Below are positions 1 through 13,000 of a DNA stretch of 64,000 bases, in pieces. The position numbers were made by a program, and so were the translations under genes. The stretch covers positions 1,427,876 to 1,491,875 of the forward strand of contig CAJINV010000006.1 of assembly GCA_905178155.1 (NCBI GenBank). The letters are read 5' to 3'. Source of the stretch: Amoebophrya sp. A120 (Eukaryota; Protista; Dinoflagellata). Each line of letters begins with the position of its first letter. Within the stretch, counting starts at the first letter, position 1. The notes beneath the pieces are model-generated. The model was not told where the DNA came from and ran no database searches. It saw nothing but the letters and a program-made list of their open reading frames with translations.

Positions 1-341
1 GTCGTTTCTTGAGCGGTGGGCCAGCCTGCATCTGCTGTTTTGCTTCCTGATCATGAAGAAGAAAGTTTCTTCACAACAACTACTTACCTGTAGAAGTTTT
101 AAACTATTAAATGAGATAAATTTCACAACCAGCACGTGTTGTGCGTATTTGTAGTGGAAGAAGAGAAACTGAAACTACGCTTACTTAATGACTCTTCTAG
201 CGTTCCGCTTCCGCCATGAAAAATCGCATTGCGTATGCTGGTAGATGTAGAAGGAAATTTTTTGTATTTCAGTTCTCTTCCACATCTACAGTGTGCGGAC
301 TGTCTGGGATTGGAACTGATCCTCATCCCGGACTACTTAAT

Positions 342-431
342 AGAAGATTTTTTGAAATTGGCACAGAAGTACCTACTAGAAGAATTTTTGAAATTAGAAG
401 TGTGCTTAGTTGGCACAGAAGTACCTACTAG
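342..431 (+). repeat. Local imperfect tandem duplication
   Basis: tttttgaaatt and ttggcacagaagtacctactag each occur twice. Confidence 0.75.
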
Positions 432-458
432 GAAGGTCACGTCATTTTTATGTTGAGA

Positions 459-618
459 CATGCATTACAAAAGAAGTACCGTACTAGTAGAAATCGCATG
501 ACAAATAATTTTCTCGTTGTGAGAATTGCAATTTGGAATGCGGATTCGTCTTCAGGTACAGTTTTGTCTTGCATGATTGCGATTGGTACGAGTATACGAT
601 GCTTTTACATAATGCATA
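459..618. mobile_element. Degenerate family-B introner relic
   Basis: Ends ...aagtaccgtactagtag / gtacgagtatacgatgctttt...gcata with internal gcatgacaa. No clear TSD. Confidence 0.5.
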
Positions 619-2026
619 TTTATGAGAAACGTTGCACGTATTGTCGTGGTGGTCCACGACTTGATGTGCCGAAAAAAAGCGGAAGGAAGGACACCGGTTT
701 CGTTACCAGGTGCAGATAAACCCTTACCCTACTTCCCATTAATACAAAGGTGTTTGGCTGCAGAAAAGATGAAACTTGCGTCTGTCGGGCGCCAGCGAAG
801 GAGGTGAACACCGTTCGATTTCTACGTCATCTGTCGGGCAGGACTTTTGGGTAGAAGATGAGAAGAAGTACCGTGTTCATGTGCTCCTCGTCAAAGATTT
901 GGCTTTACGCACACACTTTATGCCCCCGTCGGTATTTTGTGCTATTCCTATTTCTCGATCTAGGTCAGGTCGAGATCAGTAAATGCAGTGGAAGATGAGA
1001 GAGGCTCTCCTCCGCTAGCGATATTATGTAAATGCAAAGATCTTCGATACAGCGTCTCAGTCTAGTAGCTCGAGTTCCGAAGGTGCGGTAAAAACAAAAT
1101 CCCTGCTCTCGATTCAAATGAAGATCGGCCGTCCTCGTGTCGCAGCTCAAAAATTGCGATATACCAAGCCTCGTCGGTTGAAACAAATTTGAGCTCTGTG
1201 GAGGTGCAACGAACTGCATTTTTCGCAAAATATTAAATCATCGAAAAATAGATCGCGATCTGTCGAAATCATAACGATCGAGACCGTCTGTGATCACGAA
1301 GATCAGGAAGTTTCGCATCTTCGTTGCAGTCGTGAACCTCAAAAGTAACGTAAAAAACCCCAGTGGCTGTAAACAAGATAAAAAAGTCGACGTGTAGCGT
1401 ATTCCCTATTTCTTCATCCTTGCTTATTTGTATCAGTTTTACGAAGCCCTGCATTCACCCTTCCTGTGTTCTTGCGTAGATCGAAGCACTTTGGACGGCA
1501 TTCGTACTCTTTTAAGAGCACCAGCTGCACACTGGTCGCTTGATATTTTCCACTTATAAATTTCGCAGCTCTTGATTATTTTTCGTTGTGTGATATTTAT
1601 GAAGTAGTATGGTTTATTGCGCACCAGTTGTTGTAACTGTACTAGCTCTAGCTGTTACGTACCCATTTTAGAATTTTTTTTTGGCCTTTGAGTATTACAG
1701 CGACATAAGAAGTGACAACATAGAATCAATTCTTTTTCTCCTCTTCAAAATTTATCGAGCTTCTTTCTCGATTCATCACAAGTCAGTTTGCACCACTATT
1801 AAAGAGCGGCGCTTTATTTCATCAAGTAACTCTCGAATAAACGAAAAAAGTGCATCGGTACGGAAAATCTCAACAGCATAAAACTTGCTCATGTTCAGCT
1901 TCAGCATAGGGAAGTACATGTAAGAAAACCGAATTTAAGGATACGGTTTCAGTTTCTGTAAAAGCATCCTTATCCTTCTCACACACAGGACGACGTCGAG
2001 CTTTTGAGAACTGTGGTCGCGACAAC

Positions 2027-5000
2027 ATGTTGAAGCTGCCTGGAGTTCTCTTCCACGTGGCCATCGCGCAGCTACTGCTCTTCTACACCGCGCGGCCCAA
2101 AAATGCAGAGCAGGGAGCGGCTTTATTGACCGATCTTGTCCCTGGTGGGTCGTTGTTCTTTTTTCAGGGGGTCTCAGCTGCTGCTCCTGGTCCTCGTACC
2201 GGTGCTCCTCGAAAGGACGACGGCTACGACAGCGAATTTTCCGACCTTGATGAGAGCCCACGCCTGTTGACAACTGACCCTTACTCTGTCGCGCAGCCAG
2301 GCGGGACCACGGCTGCTGGTGTAGGACCACGAGAGGAGGAGGACGTTGACCTGCACTTCAGCCCCGCAAGAGAAGACCCGTATCAACAGGTGGATCAAGA
2401 ATGCCACCCAGATCTTCAGCCGGCTGCTGCAGCTGCAAAAAAGGAAGGAGCAGCGGGTCCTGGTGCGGGTACAACTACACTCGCGGCGGCCCCTGCATCT
2501 GCAACTTGTTCCGAAGTACGACGACGAGACAAGGGTCCTCGTCGTGTGGACGTCGAGGAAGGTGAAGATCTACTACCTCCGGAGTTATGTGCAGACGAAC
2601 TGGAATCTTTCTGCGAGGACTCCGAAGATGAAGACTTTGACTTCGCGGCGCTGGGGGAACGTTTTCCCGAGGACGGCGAGATCTACGTCTCGGAGGACGA
2701 AGATCAAGATTTTCCTTATGATGACGACTGGGACGTGGACTTTGAAGGACAATACAAAGAAAAACGAAGTAGAAGTAGACCAGGCTATGATAGCAGGACT
2801 CCGACACCCCCACCAAGGCAAGAGAAGCAAGATCCGGAAGTTGTACATGTTGAGCAGCGAGGACCATCTCCGCTACAGGAGCGAGTAGCAGTAGCTGCCC
2901 GTGCTGGTCAACAAGAATATGGTCGTGGTTCCTCATCTGCTCCTCGCGGGCGCAGGAGCGGCGCGGTTTCATCTTCCCGCAGCCGCAGCCGCAGTCGTCG
3001 ACCTGGTCCCCGCCTGCAACTTCACGCCAACTACACACAGAGTAGTTCTTCACGACCTGGTGTCCTGCAACTTCACGCCAGGGAAGAACCAGGACGGAGG
3101 TCTTCGCCGCCGAGAAGCAGAAGCCGGAGTTCTACTTGTAGGAAAAAACGCAATAAACATAAAGCAGAAGCTGGTGATGGTGATCGCGCAGAAGCGCGGA
3201 AGCAAATGGAAGGCATATCAAAATGAGAAATCCACCCTGCTCCCGATATTGAAACGGAGATTTGTGATGTAGCATGATTCGTGATCACAAATTTTATGTA
3301 CGTTGTCATGCTAGAACGAAGGGAACGAAGAGATGCGGACTGTAGTGCTTGCTGGTGTTGGAAAGTAGCCTTGTGTCTTCAGCATGATGGGAAGCGACAA
3401 CTGGAAGCGCAAAACATCATGACAGACTGTCTGCAAGAAGTGAGGCCGCAAAAATCTCTTGGCCTTTCAGCAATACAAGTTGAATTGTGTACTCAAATCC
3501 AGCAATAATTAAAAGTTTCCTTTTCGATATGGGGCGGGGAGGGGCTTTTCCTCAGAATAAGACACGAGATCGCCACCGCGTACAAATGGAAGTCGAGGAC
3601 GGAACCGCAGCCGCACCAGTCGAGGACGGAACCACAGAAAATGCGGTAGAACAAGCGAAGACGAGTATGTCTTCCCAGAAATTAAATTTAAACCAAAAAA
3701 CTACACACCGTCTCTGCGACAGCAAGCCGAGGATGCTTTTTACCAGGATTGGAAAAAAGCGCAAAAGCAAAATCCGCATGCCTATCCGTTCTTTAACGCC
3801 TTGGTCAATTTCTTCCCGAAGGTCTCCGACCCGAGTGCGCCGATGAATCAATTGGAGTTCTTTTTGGACGATCATGTAGAAAATAATCCAGTGGGCGGAA
3901 GGACGAGCAATGGCCGCCGCGGGAATGGTCGTGGTCGTGGAGCTGCTGCAGCGACGTCGACCGCTACTATTCAGAGCCTTTTCCGGTTTTTTGATTTCGG
4001 CTTGACCATCAAGCACCCCTGGCAAACCTCGCAAAAACTATGGTCCCCGGCAAAGCCTCAGGAACTGTGGGGGATGGTGAAGAAGTATGTGGTAAAACTA
4101 AACGAGAAGAACCCCTCTCTCTTTATTCCCGTTCCCAACATTTCCGTTCCGGGGTATTTGCAACAAGAAGCAGACCACTTGAATAAAGTTAAAGCGGAGG
4201 GAAGAAGACATGATGATCAAAAAGTTGATCCCTACAACCCCCTCCAGCGTCTGGACAACGGAGTCGGTGGTGCGGTTGCATTGGTAAGGTTGAAAGCGGA
4301 GGAAGATCCACTGGCGAAGGCAATGACGAAGTGGTACCAGTACGAGAAACATCCGTATGACCACTATGAAGACGAGACACGACGAGAAAGTGATTGGGGA
4401 AGAACAAATGAACCAAAATCTTGGTCTTGGTACAAATTCGACTCTGAAAAAGAAAAGGTCCACCTGGTGAACCAAGCGACCAAGATATCAGAGTGCGCAG
4501 CTCGACGACCCGCCCTTGTTCCCACTGCTCATTTGAGTACTTATTCAAATGCATCAGCAGCAGCACAAGCAACGGCAGCAATTATGGCCCTTCCATATGA
4601 CAACTCCGCTGCACACCGATCGTTCATCTTGCAGTATTGTTTAGCTAGTTTCGAACTTCGTCATGCGAACTGCAGCTTTTTAAGTTTCAGTTTCACGCAC
4701 CAAGAGGTGGATTTGATGTATATTGGCATTTCACGACATTCCAAATCAAGGGAGACCGCGAGGGGGGCTCCTGAGTAGTTGTGCACTCGGATAAATTGTG
4801 TATGGCGGCCAGAAGACGGAGCTTTTACGACTGGATTCCCTGTGGAAGCTCGCTGCCTTGGTGATTAAGAAAGGAAATGAGGAGAAAAACCGGCTTTTGC
4901 AGCTAAAAGCAGAGTATCAAATGTAAAAGTGTCTGGGTCTGGAAGAATGCAAGTTTGTCATGCGTGTCTGGCATGACTCTGAAATCTGTCATGCAAATTA

Positions 5001-8000
5001 CCAAAGAGCCCCACTTTTCTGTCATGCAGAAACGTAGTTTGTCATGCAGAATAGGCAACACCTAGAATCTCAGAAACTTGTCATGCTGAGCCAGCAATTG
5101 TCGCCTCCTCATGATACGCCACACAGCATCACAAGTTTCCAGACCCAGACATTTTTACATTTGATACAGAGGAGATGCAAGAAAGTGGTCTGACGCAAGA
5201 AGCAGAGCGAAGCCCCCGCGCCGGTGGGTACTTTTCTCTCACACTTTTCGGTCTTTCTGCCGGCGAAAAGGCGCTTTATCAGCATTTGTTGCGGAGAAGC
5301 CAGGAAGAAGAAAGCAGCGCGGTCGTGGTGGTCGGGAGTGGGAGGGACGAGTATCTGCAGAAAGTGAACGAGCAAATGGAAAAAGAATGGAGGGACAAAA
5401 ATCGAGAAAAATACGACGAACAGGGGGTGATGAGAAAGGAACTGCGAGAACGCAGTAATAGTACGGGCGTAGAAGGAGGAGAGACTTCTTGGACCTCTAC
5501 TTCGTGGTGGAAGAAGCATCAGCCAGAAAAAGATCACAGCTTCGAATTTCAGGCCGGGAAGCACGTCTTGGAGCGGCAGGTCGCGAACGAGTACCGTGCG
5601 GTGAAAATTAAAAAGTGGTACAAGATGATGGTCGCCATTCGGCCGTTCGAGCAATTAGAAGAAAAAGCAACAGCAAGACAACACGTCCCGCTACAGCAAG
5701 GGCTCGCAGCCGCGCGAGTCCGGAAGTTTTTGGAAAAGAAAGTTTCCGGAAAACGCATCTTCCTGCCCCTCGCGGGGTCCGGATCGTTGTATGTGAAAGC
5801 GGTAAAGCAGTTCCGCCGGTCGATTTGCCCATTTGCGCTTGAGATGAAGAAGGACGACGCGACTAGGCAGTGGGAAAAAACAGACGATGGCCAAAATTAT
5901 GTGTTTGCGAAAACACCAACGACGCTGGAGGAGGCACAACACCAGCTGAATTCGTCTATTTTGTTGCATAACCTCGTTTACGCGAACGCTTGTCAGGTGG
6001 CGGTCACGACGTTTGGGAAGTGGGGTGAAAACAATGAAAAGCTCTACTACGACCAGAAGCTTAACGTCTACTACACCACTCTAACGGCCTCAACCGGCGA
6101 GACGGGTAAGACGCACCAGCTGCGGGCGCACGTCGTGGCGTTTTTCGCGAAGCATGGGTATCACGCCCACTTAGTCGGCGATGAGCTCTACGCGAAGGTG
6201 GCCACGGATCCGAAATACCGGCAGAGCTTTATCAAGAAGAAAAATCCCCTTTCCATATCGAAAAGGAAATTTGTGATGCTGATTTGTGACCACAAATCAG
6301 CTTTGTGTTGCGTACAAGGCAAACGGCACGCATGTGGCGCGATCATGATAGCCAGTCTGTCATGCGTTTTCGCCTATGTCAGACTTGTTTCTCATGCGCA
6401 ACTGCTAGCCGGGTGCGTAGTACCCAAATGGGCTTAGAATGTGCCGACACGCTCTTGCTGCAATACAAAGCTCATTTGTGTACACAAACCCAGCAACACA
6501 ACTTGTCTGTTGAGTACGGGGTGGGGCCTTTTTTCACTTTGATAAGCTTTCTCTTCCCCGGGCCAGAGGAAGCCGCCCTGTTGCAGTACCAGACATCTGC
6601 AAGTGGAATCAAGAGCAACATGGGCAGTTTACCTCCTTCTCTTCAAGAGTTAAGAGAACAAAGCAACCGAATCCGGAAGGCTATGAAGAACTTAGGGCAG
6701 TTATCGACCTGTGTAAAACCGTCCCCACCCCAGATTTGTCATGCAAATCTGCATGCCAAAAAAGTTTCTCATGCGGAAAAACCCATGAGAAGCATTTTCT
6801 ATATCGTGTTTTGGAAAAATTTGTGATGCTATAATCAGCCTGATGCGCTACATCTGTGATGCTTCTGAACTACCTAAATCCAATCGAGGATTACACTACG
6901 AGGACAAACTTGTCATGCCAAACAACCAAAGCTCCTGTGTGATTTGTCTAGCAGATTTCCCATCTCGACTCTGGTGCGGGGATGTTTTTAATCAGGATAG
7001 CAGTTTGATGATGATGATGATGATGATGATGAAGATTTGGAAACCAAAAAAAAGCAAGAAAGAATCATCCAGGAAGCAAAACGGCTGTATCCTGGGCAAA
7101 AGTATCGTACTCGTAGTAATCGCAGTCATGCATTACAAGTTTCTTTCTCAAGTTAAATCTGCATTACAAATTTTATTTCTCATGCTGAGGAAATTTGTCA
7201 TGTGATTTACACGTAGTGCGATGCTTTTGCATTTCATAGGCTGGATCTCATCCCGATTTTGCGTTCGTTTGATTTTGGGCTGGAATATAAAAGTTTAAAC
7301 TCCTATCCCAAGAACGGGGGTCGTGAAGCAGGAGAAAAACAACACCGGTCCTCGTCCAGAGGGCCCCATGAAGATCCTCGTGCCGGTTTTTTGGGTTCCA
7401 CAGCGGACCTTGCTCCAAGCCCTTGGGTAATTCAAGGGCCATGGAGTGGTCTACCGCACGCGGTGGACTACGAGGGAGTAGTTGCGGAGCAAGCCCGCAA
7501 GAGAGCGCTTTTCAACTACGAAAATGGCCAGGAATTCCGATTGATGCCTACAAAAACTGCGGTCGACTACCTGTCGGCCGACTTGGACGTCGTCGGGGGG
7601 GAAGTAGAGAAGGATCATCCCATGAACCTGAGCAATATTGCCGCCGACGACGCGAAATCTTTGCTGCTAGCGTACAAGAGGGACCAGATCGATTTTTACG
7701 TGTCTCACCACAGAGATAGTAGAATGGATAGAGATAGCACAGTTGCTGCAGAACAAGTGGTAGACGAAGAAACCAAAAAATCCCAAAACCGCATCAATGA
7801 CCTCTTCTCCATGTTCCTGAAAAAAGAAACCCGGATCATGGGGCTGCACAGCTGGAAGGCGGAGGTCTGCGTGCGGGTGTTAGTTGCAAATAAAGGTGAG
7901 CTAGTTCTTGATTACCCTGGTCGGCGGGTGGACCACCGGAAAAATGAAAATCGCAAGGTCTTGTGCGAGCAAAAGATCAGCGAGCCGGGCTGGTGGGAGG

Positions 8001-8056
8001 TTTGGTTACGGCAGAAACGGCTGCAGAATAAGGAGACTTTTAAGGAAGTGGTGTAG
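2027..8056 (+). CDS. Hypothetical protein, ~1443 aa after removing 6 introners; acidic/RS-rich N-terminus
   Basis: ORFs 2027, 3801, 5175, 6305 and 7259 join in one frame when each TAT..ATA element plus one 5-bp TSD is removed (e.g. LKAE|EMQES, RQSF|LFPG, KRL|DLIP). No family recognised. Confidence 0.8.
3216..3559. mobile_element. Introner family E
   Basis: TAT..ATA, TSD aggca/agaca; removal restores frame. Confidence 0.8.
4486..4793. mobile_element. Introner family C-like (aged)
   Basis: TIR tatcagagtgcgcagct / agttgtgcactcggata. TSD eroded; element+5 nt restores frame. Confidence 0.7.
4915..5166. mobile_element. Introner family A
   Basis: TIR tatcaaatgtaaaagtgtctgggtctggaa; TSD cagag. Confidence 0.95.
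6230..6544. mobile_element. Introner family E
   Basis: TSD agctt; frame restored. Confidence 0.9.
6702..6999. mobile_element. Introner family D
   Basis: TSD gcagt; frame restored (GQF-DDDD). Confidence 0.88.
7088..7238. mobile_element. Introner family B
   Basis: TIR tat-N4-(t)gcaaaagtatcgtactcg; TSD ggctg. Confidence 0.93.
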
Positions 8057-10016
8057 CATTAATACAAGTTGTAGAAGGAGCGATTTGTAGAGTATAGTTG
8101 TTGTTCATCTTGATTGTTATCACTGTAGAAGAAGAAGTACCTAACTATTTCACGTGGAGGTTACTGGAGATTTGGTGTTGTGCGACGTCGTCGTCACGCA
8201 TTTTTATGCAAGAATTTTTTGCGAAGACAAAGAACAACGCCAGGGCCAGTATGAAAAACCACTTGAAATTGATGTAAAAAACCGCATAGTTCTTGTCCCA
8301 CCGGAAGAAGAAGAGGAAATTTGTTACAGTTGCACAGTAGAAGAATTTGGAAGAGTTAGAGTCATGAAGCGTTTTTAAAGAACTTAAACATCACACGTCC
8401 TCGTCGGAGTAAGTAATGACACTGAGAAGTTGTAGTTGTACCCCCCAGCATGCCTTATGAAATAAGCAACCCAGCTGAATAAATTTCGTAAAAACGTAGG
8501 AGCTGGTGGTGCCCCTACTACAAGATTGATGAACAACTTCCCATCCAGGCGATAATGAGACTAAGAAGTCGTTGTAAAAGGGAAGTAGAACTCCAAGGCG
8601 AAAACGCCGAACAGAGTACATTCATCTGGAGCTGGCGCCACTCCCGAAAACCAAACTACTTATGAATATCCACCCAACGTCCTCCCCGGATGCATAAAAT
8701 GAAACGAAAAAATGCAACCTACTACTTAGTTAGGTTCCACACATGCTTCGAAAAATAAAACTAACCCCTCGTAACACCAAAGGAAAGCCAAACATGATGA
8801 ACAGAGCTCCCAAGAAGTTGACGAACAGAGCACCCAAGTACAAGTTGAAAGGAGGGTGAAGTCGAGAGCAAGTGCTCTGAAGAAATCAAGCTAAGAATCG
8901 AATATTCGAAAACCCCTCCTGCTTGGAAAAGATAGTAAAGAACTCCGCGCTGTAGTTGATCCTGCATAGTATACTGCTTTCACGATATAAAAAAATCAAT
9001 TACGAAGATATTGCACAGAAGATTACTTGTAACTGGGGAAGTAGGTTAAATACCTCCAGGCTCCTGCTGTGCACGACAGACTTAACAGGTGAACGAAGAA
9101 AAGCGTCATGTTTCTACTACAAGACTTGATGACCACTACTACAATTAGTTACTCGTCATGGCGCAATTCAACATCTCGTGAGAGGTATTAGAAGTAATTC
9201 CTCACGGGAGAGGACGAGTAGACCCCTTCACGTTTGCCACTACAATGGAAAGCATGTGCTTTTGCCGCTACAGCGTATAGAAATAAAATGAGTAAACGTA
9301 CTTCGTCTTCTTGCCCCGCCCTCAGCTCCTCTTGGTGATGGGAAGGTTTGAGTCGCGCTCCTTTGAGAAGCTGAAAAAGCAATTGTGTTCACCAAAACAA
9401 GTAGTTGTAGTAGTAGAGGCAGAGACTTTATTTTGGACGATGTCGATGGACCCAAAGCAGATCCTTTTCACGTTTGGGCCGTTCAACAGCTCAAAAGGGC
9501 AACGCGATCCCACAATACTATATTCAAGTTCACGTTTATTTGGCTTGAGACCACAGTGCGCTGCTGCTCCTGTTTGACTACTCAGTACTAAAGAGTTCTG
9601 TTCATTAAACTTGGTTCTGGCTGAGCAACGAATTTGTACTTAATATCACGACCACGTGCGGTCAACGTGATTTTTGTGATATAGCATTTTTTTACTATTC
9701 TACGTCGTCGTGATCTACTCCATTTGATGTGGCTCTGTTTTCCTTATTCTATGTCACAGCGACTCCAAAATTCTACGACTTCAAGAACCTTTCCGAACAT
9801 AAGCATAACATTGATTTCTCCATGTCTCCCTAAAAGGTGTGCTAAAGTACTGCAGCAGCAGATGTTTTCCTTGAGATACCAGCCACGGTATTACGAGTCA
9901 ACTTTTCGAAGAAGAACAAGAAGTAGATGAAATTCACCTTTACCTCCTTAGCAAAACCTCGACCAGACTCCGACCTTCAACTTCATCCATCTTGTTTCAT
10001 TAGTTGAGCGAGAAAA

Positions 10017-13000
10017 ATGTCCGCCCGACAGGCGAAGAAGCTCCAGGCGCTGCAGGAGCAGCAAAGGAAGGAGGAGGAGGCAAAATTGAAAAAGGAACAA
10101 CAAGCGAAGAACGGAAAAAACAAGTTGGACGCTGTTGACGAAACTGAAGAAAAAACTTCGGAAGAGGAAGAAGAAGACGAGGAGGACGAGCTTGCCGGGC
10201 CGGTGATTCAGCAACAACCCCGGAAAAATTTGTTCGCCGCGATGGTTTCGTCCTCAGACGAGGACGAGGAAGATTCTTCAGAAGACGAGGAAAGCGATAA
10301 TGGCAGTGGGGAGGTAGAAGAAAATTATAACCCGTCTAGTACTTCTCCCGCCCCCAAGAAGTCCACGAGCAAGAACAGTCCGCCCGGGCGGGGAGGGGGT
10401 GCTGCAGGAGGTAATGGCAACAACAAGGGGGCAAATAGCAAGAAAGCTACTTCTTCGTCACCAGACGGCAAGAAGAATCCCGACAAGCGTGAAGACCACG
10501 ATACTGACGAAGATAACGAATCGGATGACGACGATCTCAAAGCGTTAGAAGAGGAAGAGAAACGGCTTCTGGAAAATAACCTTCATCTAGACGGCGTATC
10601 AAACATCCACGGGAGTAGTTCATCCTCCCGTTGTGGAAACGCTATCAGAAAGCACTGCACCGGGTTGGAACAAATTCTGAAACTCAACAAGACCAATTTC
10701 TCGCCCGACGCCGAGCACCGGCGCATTTTCGGCACCGCGGCCCCGGTGAATGAGAGGAACAACATGCATATCACAAGAAAAAGTGTTAACGTTTTTAGCG
10801 GAATTTGTGATGCAGTAACGCATCAGAAAAGGTGCCCAAATTTGTATTGCGTAGCATGCATGGAAGGCAAAATTTGTAATGCATAGCTGCCATCTGTGAA
10901 AACCGTTACCGTTTACACTTTTTTGTTTGATAATGCAAGCCCAGCTCGAGCGGAACGGGGGTATTCGTCTGCCGCCGCACATTATCGTGAGAAAAAAGTG
11001 TTACAGTTACACACTCTGATGCAAGACAAGCAAGACAGACAACCTCTGTCATGCAGGAAATGCTTGCGTCGTTTCATTTGTGTTTTCCCTTATAGAAGTC
11101 TGCGCATTACAAATTTTCTTTGCCATGCAGAGCAACTTTGTCATGCTGAAATTCCAAGAAGTGTGTAGCTGTATACACTTTTTTCCTGTGATACGCATCC
11201 CGCGAGAAGCGGCGACCAGAATGCGTCAGATGATCAAATCCAATCAGTACCCGCCGCACTTCAAGAAGCTCTGGCTTTCCAACATCGATTTCCTCGAAGT
11301 CGGCCCAACCAAACCGGACCCCAGCATGAGTGGCAGTTGCGTGTTTTTCCAGACTACTACATCTTCACGGGCAGATGATATGCAACGCAAAAGCATAGTA
11401 CTAGTACAAATTGCATTACACATTAGCCCAGCATTACAAATTGAATTTGTAATGCTGATTTACCTTGAGAAAGAGATTTGTAATGCATAAATGCAATTAC
11501 TACGAGTACGATACTTTTGCACAGGATAGATGAATCCGCAGAACAAATCGGCACGCTCTACGGCCTTCAGCTGGACTTGAACAGCAAAAAAACGGAGTCT
11601 CTCGCGCTGGAATTCCAGGACATTGTTCGGATGTTTGATCCACACTTACTGCAGGAGTTCCTCACCAACGCAGCTCCGTTTTACATCGAGGGGCTGGTAT
11701 TAATCGCCGAGTTATGAATTGCAAAAGTGTCTGGGTCTGGAAGGTTGGATCTTGTGATGCTAACTTTGGACTCTAAAAAAATCTGTATTGCGTGACCAGC
11801 AAGAGGAGTTTGGTTTGTGCTACGCGGGGAGGGCATTTGTCATGCGGAGTAGGCATCAGGAAGGGTTCTAAAAGTCTGTGATGGTAGGGCATGCATCACA
11901 AACAATCCTGGGTCATGCAAAATATGCATGACAAACCCGGCAACCTTCCAGACCCAGACACTTTTGCATTTGATACGAGTTGATGCGGAGCCGGCAGGAA
12001 TACGAGGAAAGCTGGCTCTTCTGCAAACGGGCCTTGTACGTTTTGGAACTGCAGTTGCCACGGGGACTGGTGCCGGATTTTCTTGCCTACGATAATTCGT
12101 TTTCGTCTAGTGGTTCAACATCAACTACCACAGCTGTTTTGGAAACCACCATCCCCTCCCTCCACCCAACCGCCTACTATCAAATGCAAAAATGTCTGGG
12201 TCTGGAAGATTGCAACTTGTCATGCTAAATCTGAATCATGTAAAAATCTGTTTTGCATGATTGCCAAAAGCTGTCCGCTTTTGACCTAATCGCGAGGCAG
12301 TTTCTTATGCAGGATAGGCATGATAGAACTAACACAGAATCTGTCATGCTATGTCCTACATACCAGACCTCATGGGTCATGGAAAACCTGCATGACAAGT
12401 CTGGCATTCTTCCAGACCCAGACACTTTTGCAGTTGATACCTACCCGGTGATGGCAAGGGTTCTCTACCTGTACATGCAGTTATGAAAGTGCACAACTCC
12501 CCCTCCCCTTCATTTGTCATGCAAAATCCCAAATCCAGCTGCTGCCTTGTAGCACTGTTTGCATGAGAAATAGAAATTCTGGAAGCCCAAATAGCACTAC
12601 AAGCCGTGGTGACTTGTCATGCACAGCATACACGTGTGCTGGTGTTTGTATTGCTGTTCATACTAGTATAAAAATGAGGGGGAGGGGGAAATGTGTACTC
12701 TCATAGCAGCTGTTAGCGAACCGAGGGTTGTTCGTAACCGCCGCGGAGGTGTGCAAGTGGTTGTGGAAACTGACCTACTTCGGGGGCGAGGGGAACTCCA
12801 CGAAGGTTCAAGTTGTTGATCATGCTTCCGACGTCGAGACCGCAGCAAGTATTAAACAATCAGGCGAGCAGCAGCAGGAAGCAAGTGCAAGAAGCAGCAC
12901 AAGATACATTTTGGACAAGGGCAGTAAGAGTCAGTCCCCCTGGGCGATCCTTCCGGCGGTGATGGTGGAGAAAATACCAGAAGACGCAGAAGACGCAGAC

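Noticed and set aside
7006-7031. Poly-Met ORF / (GAT)n microsatellite
   Set aside because: In the spliced frame it encodes a poly-Asp tract of the first gene.
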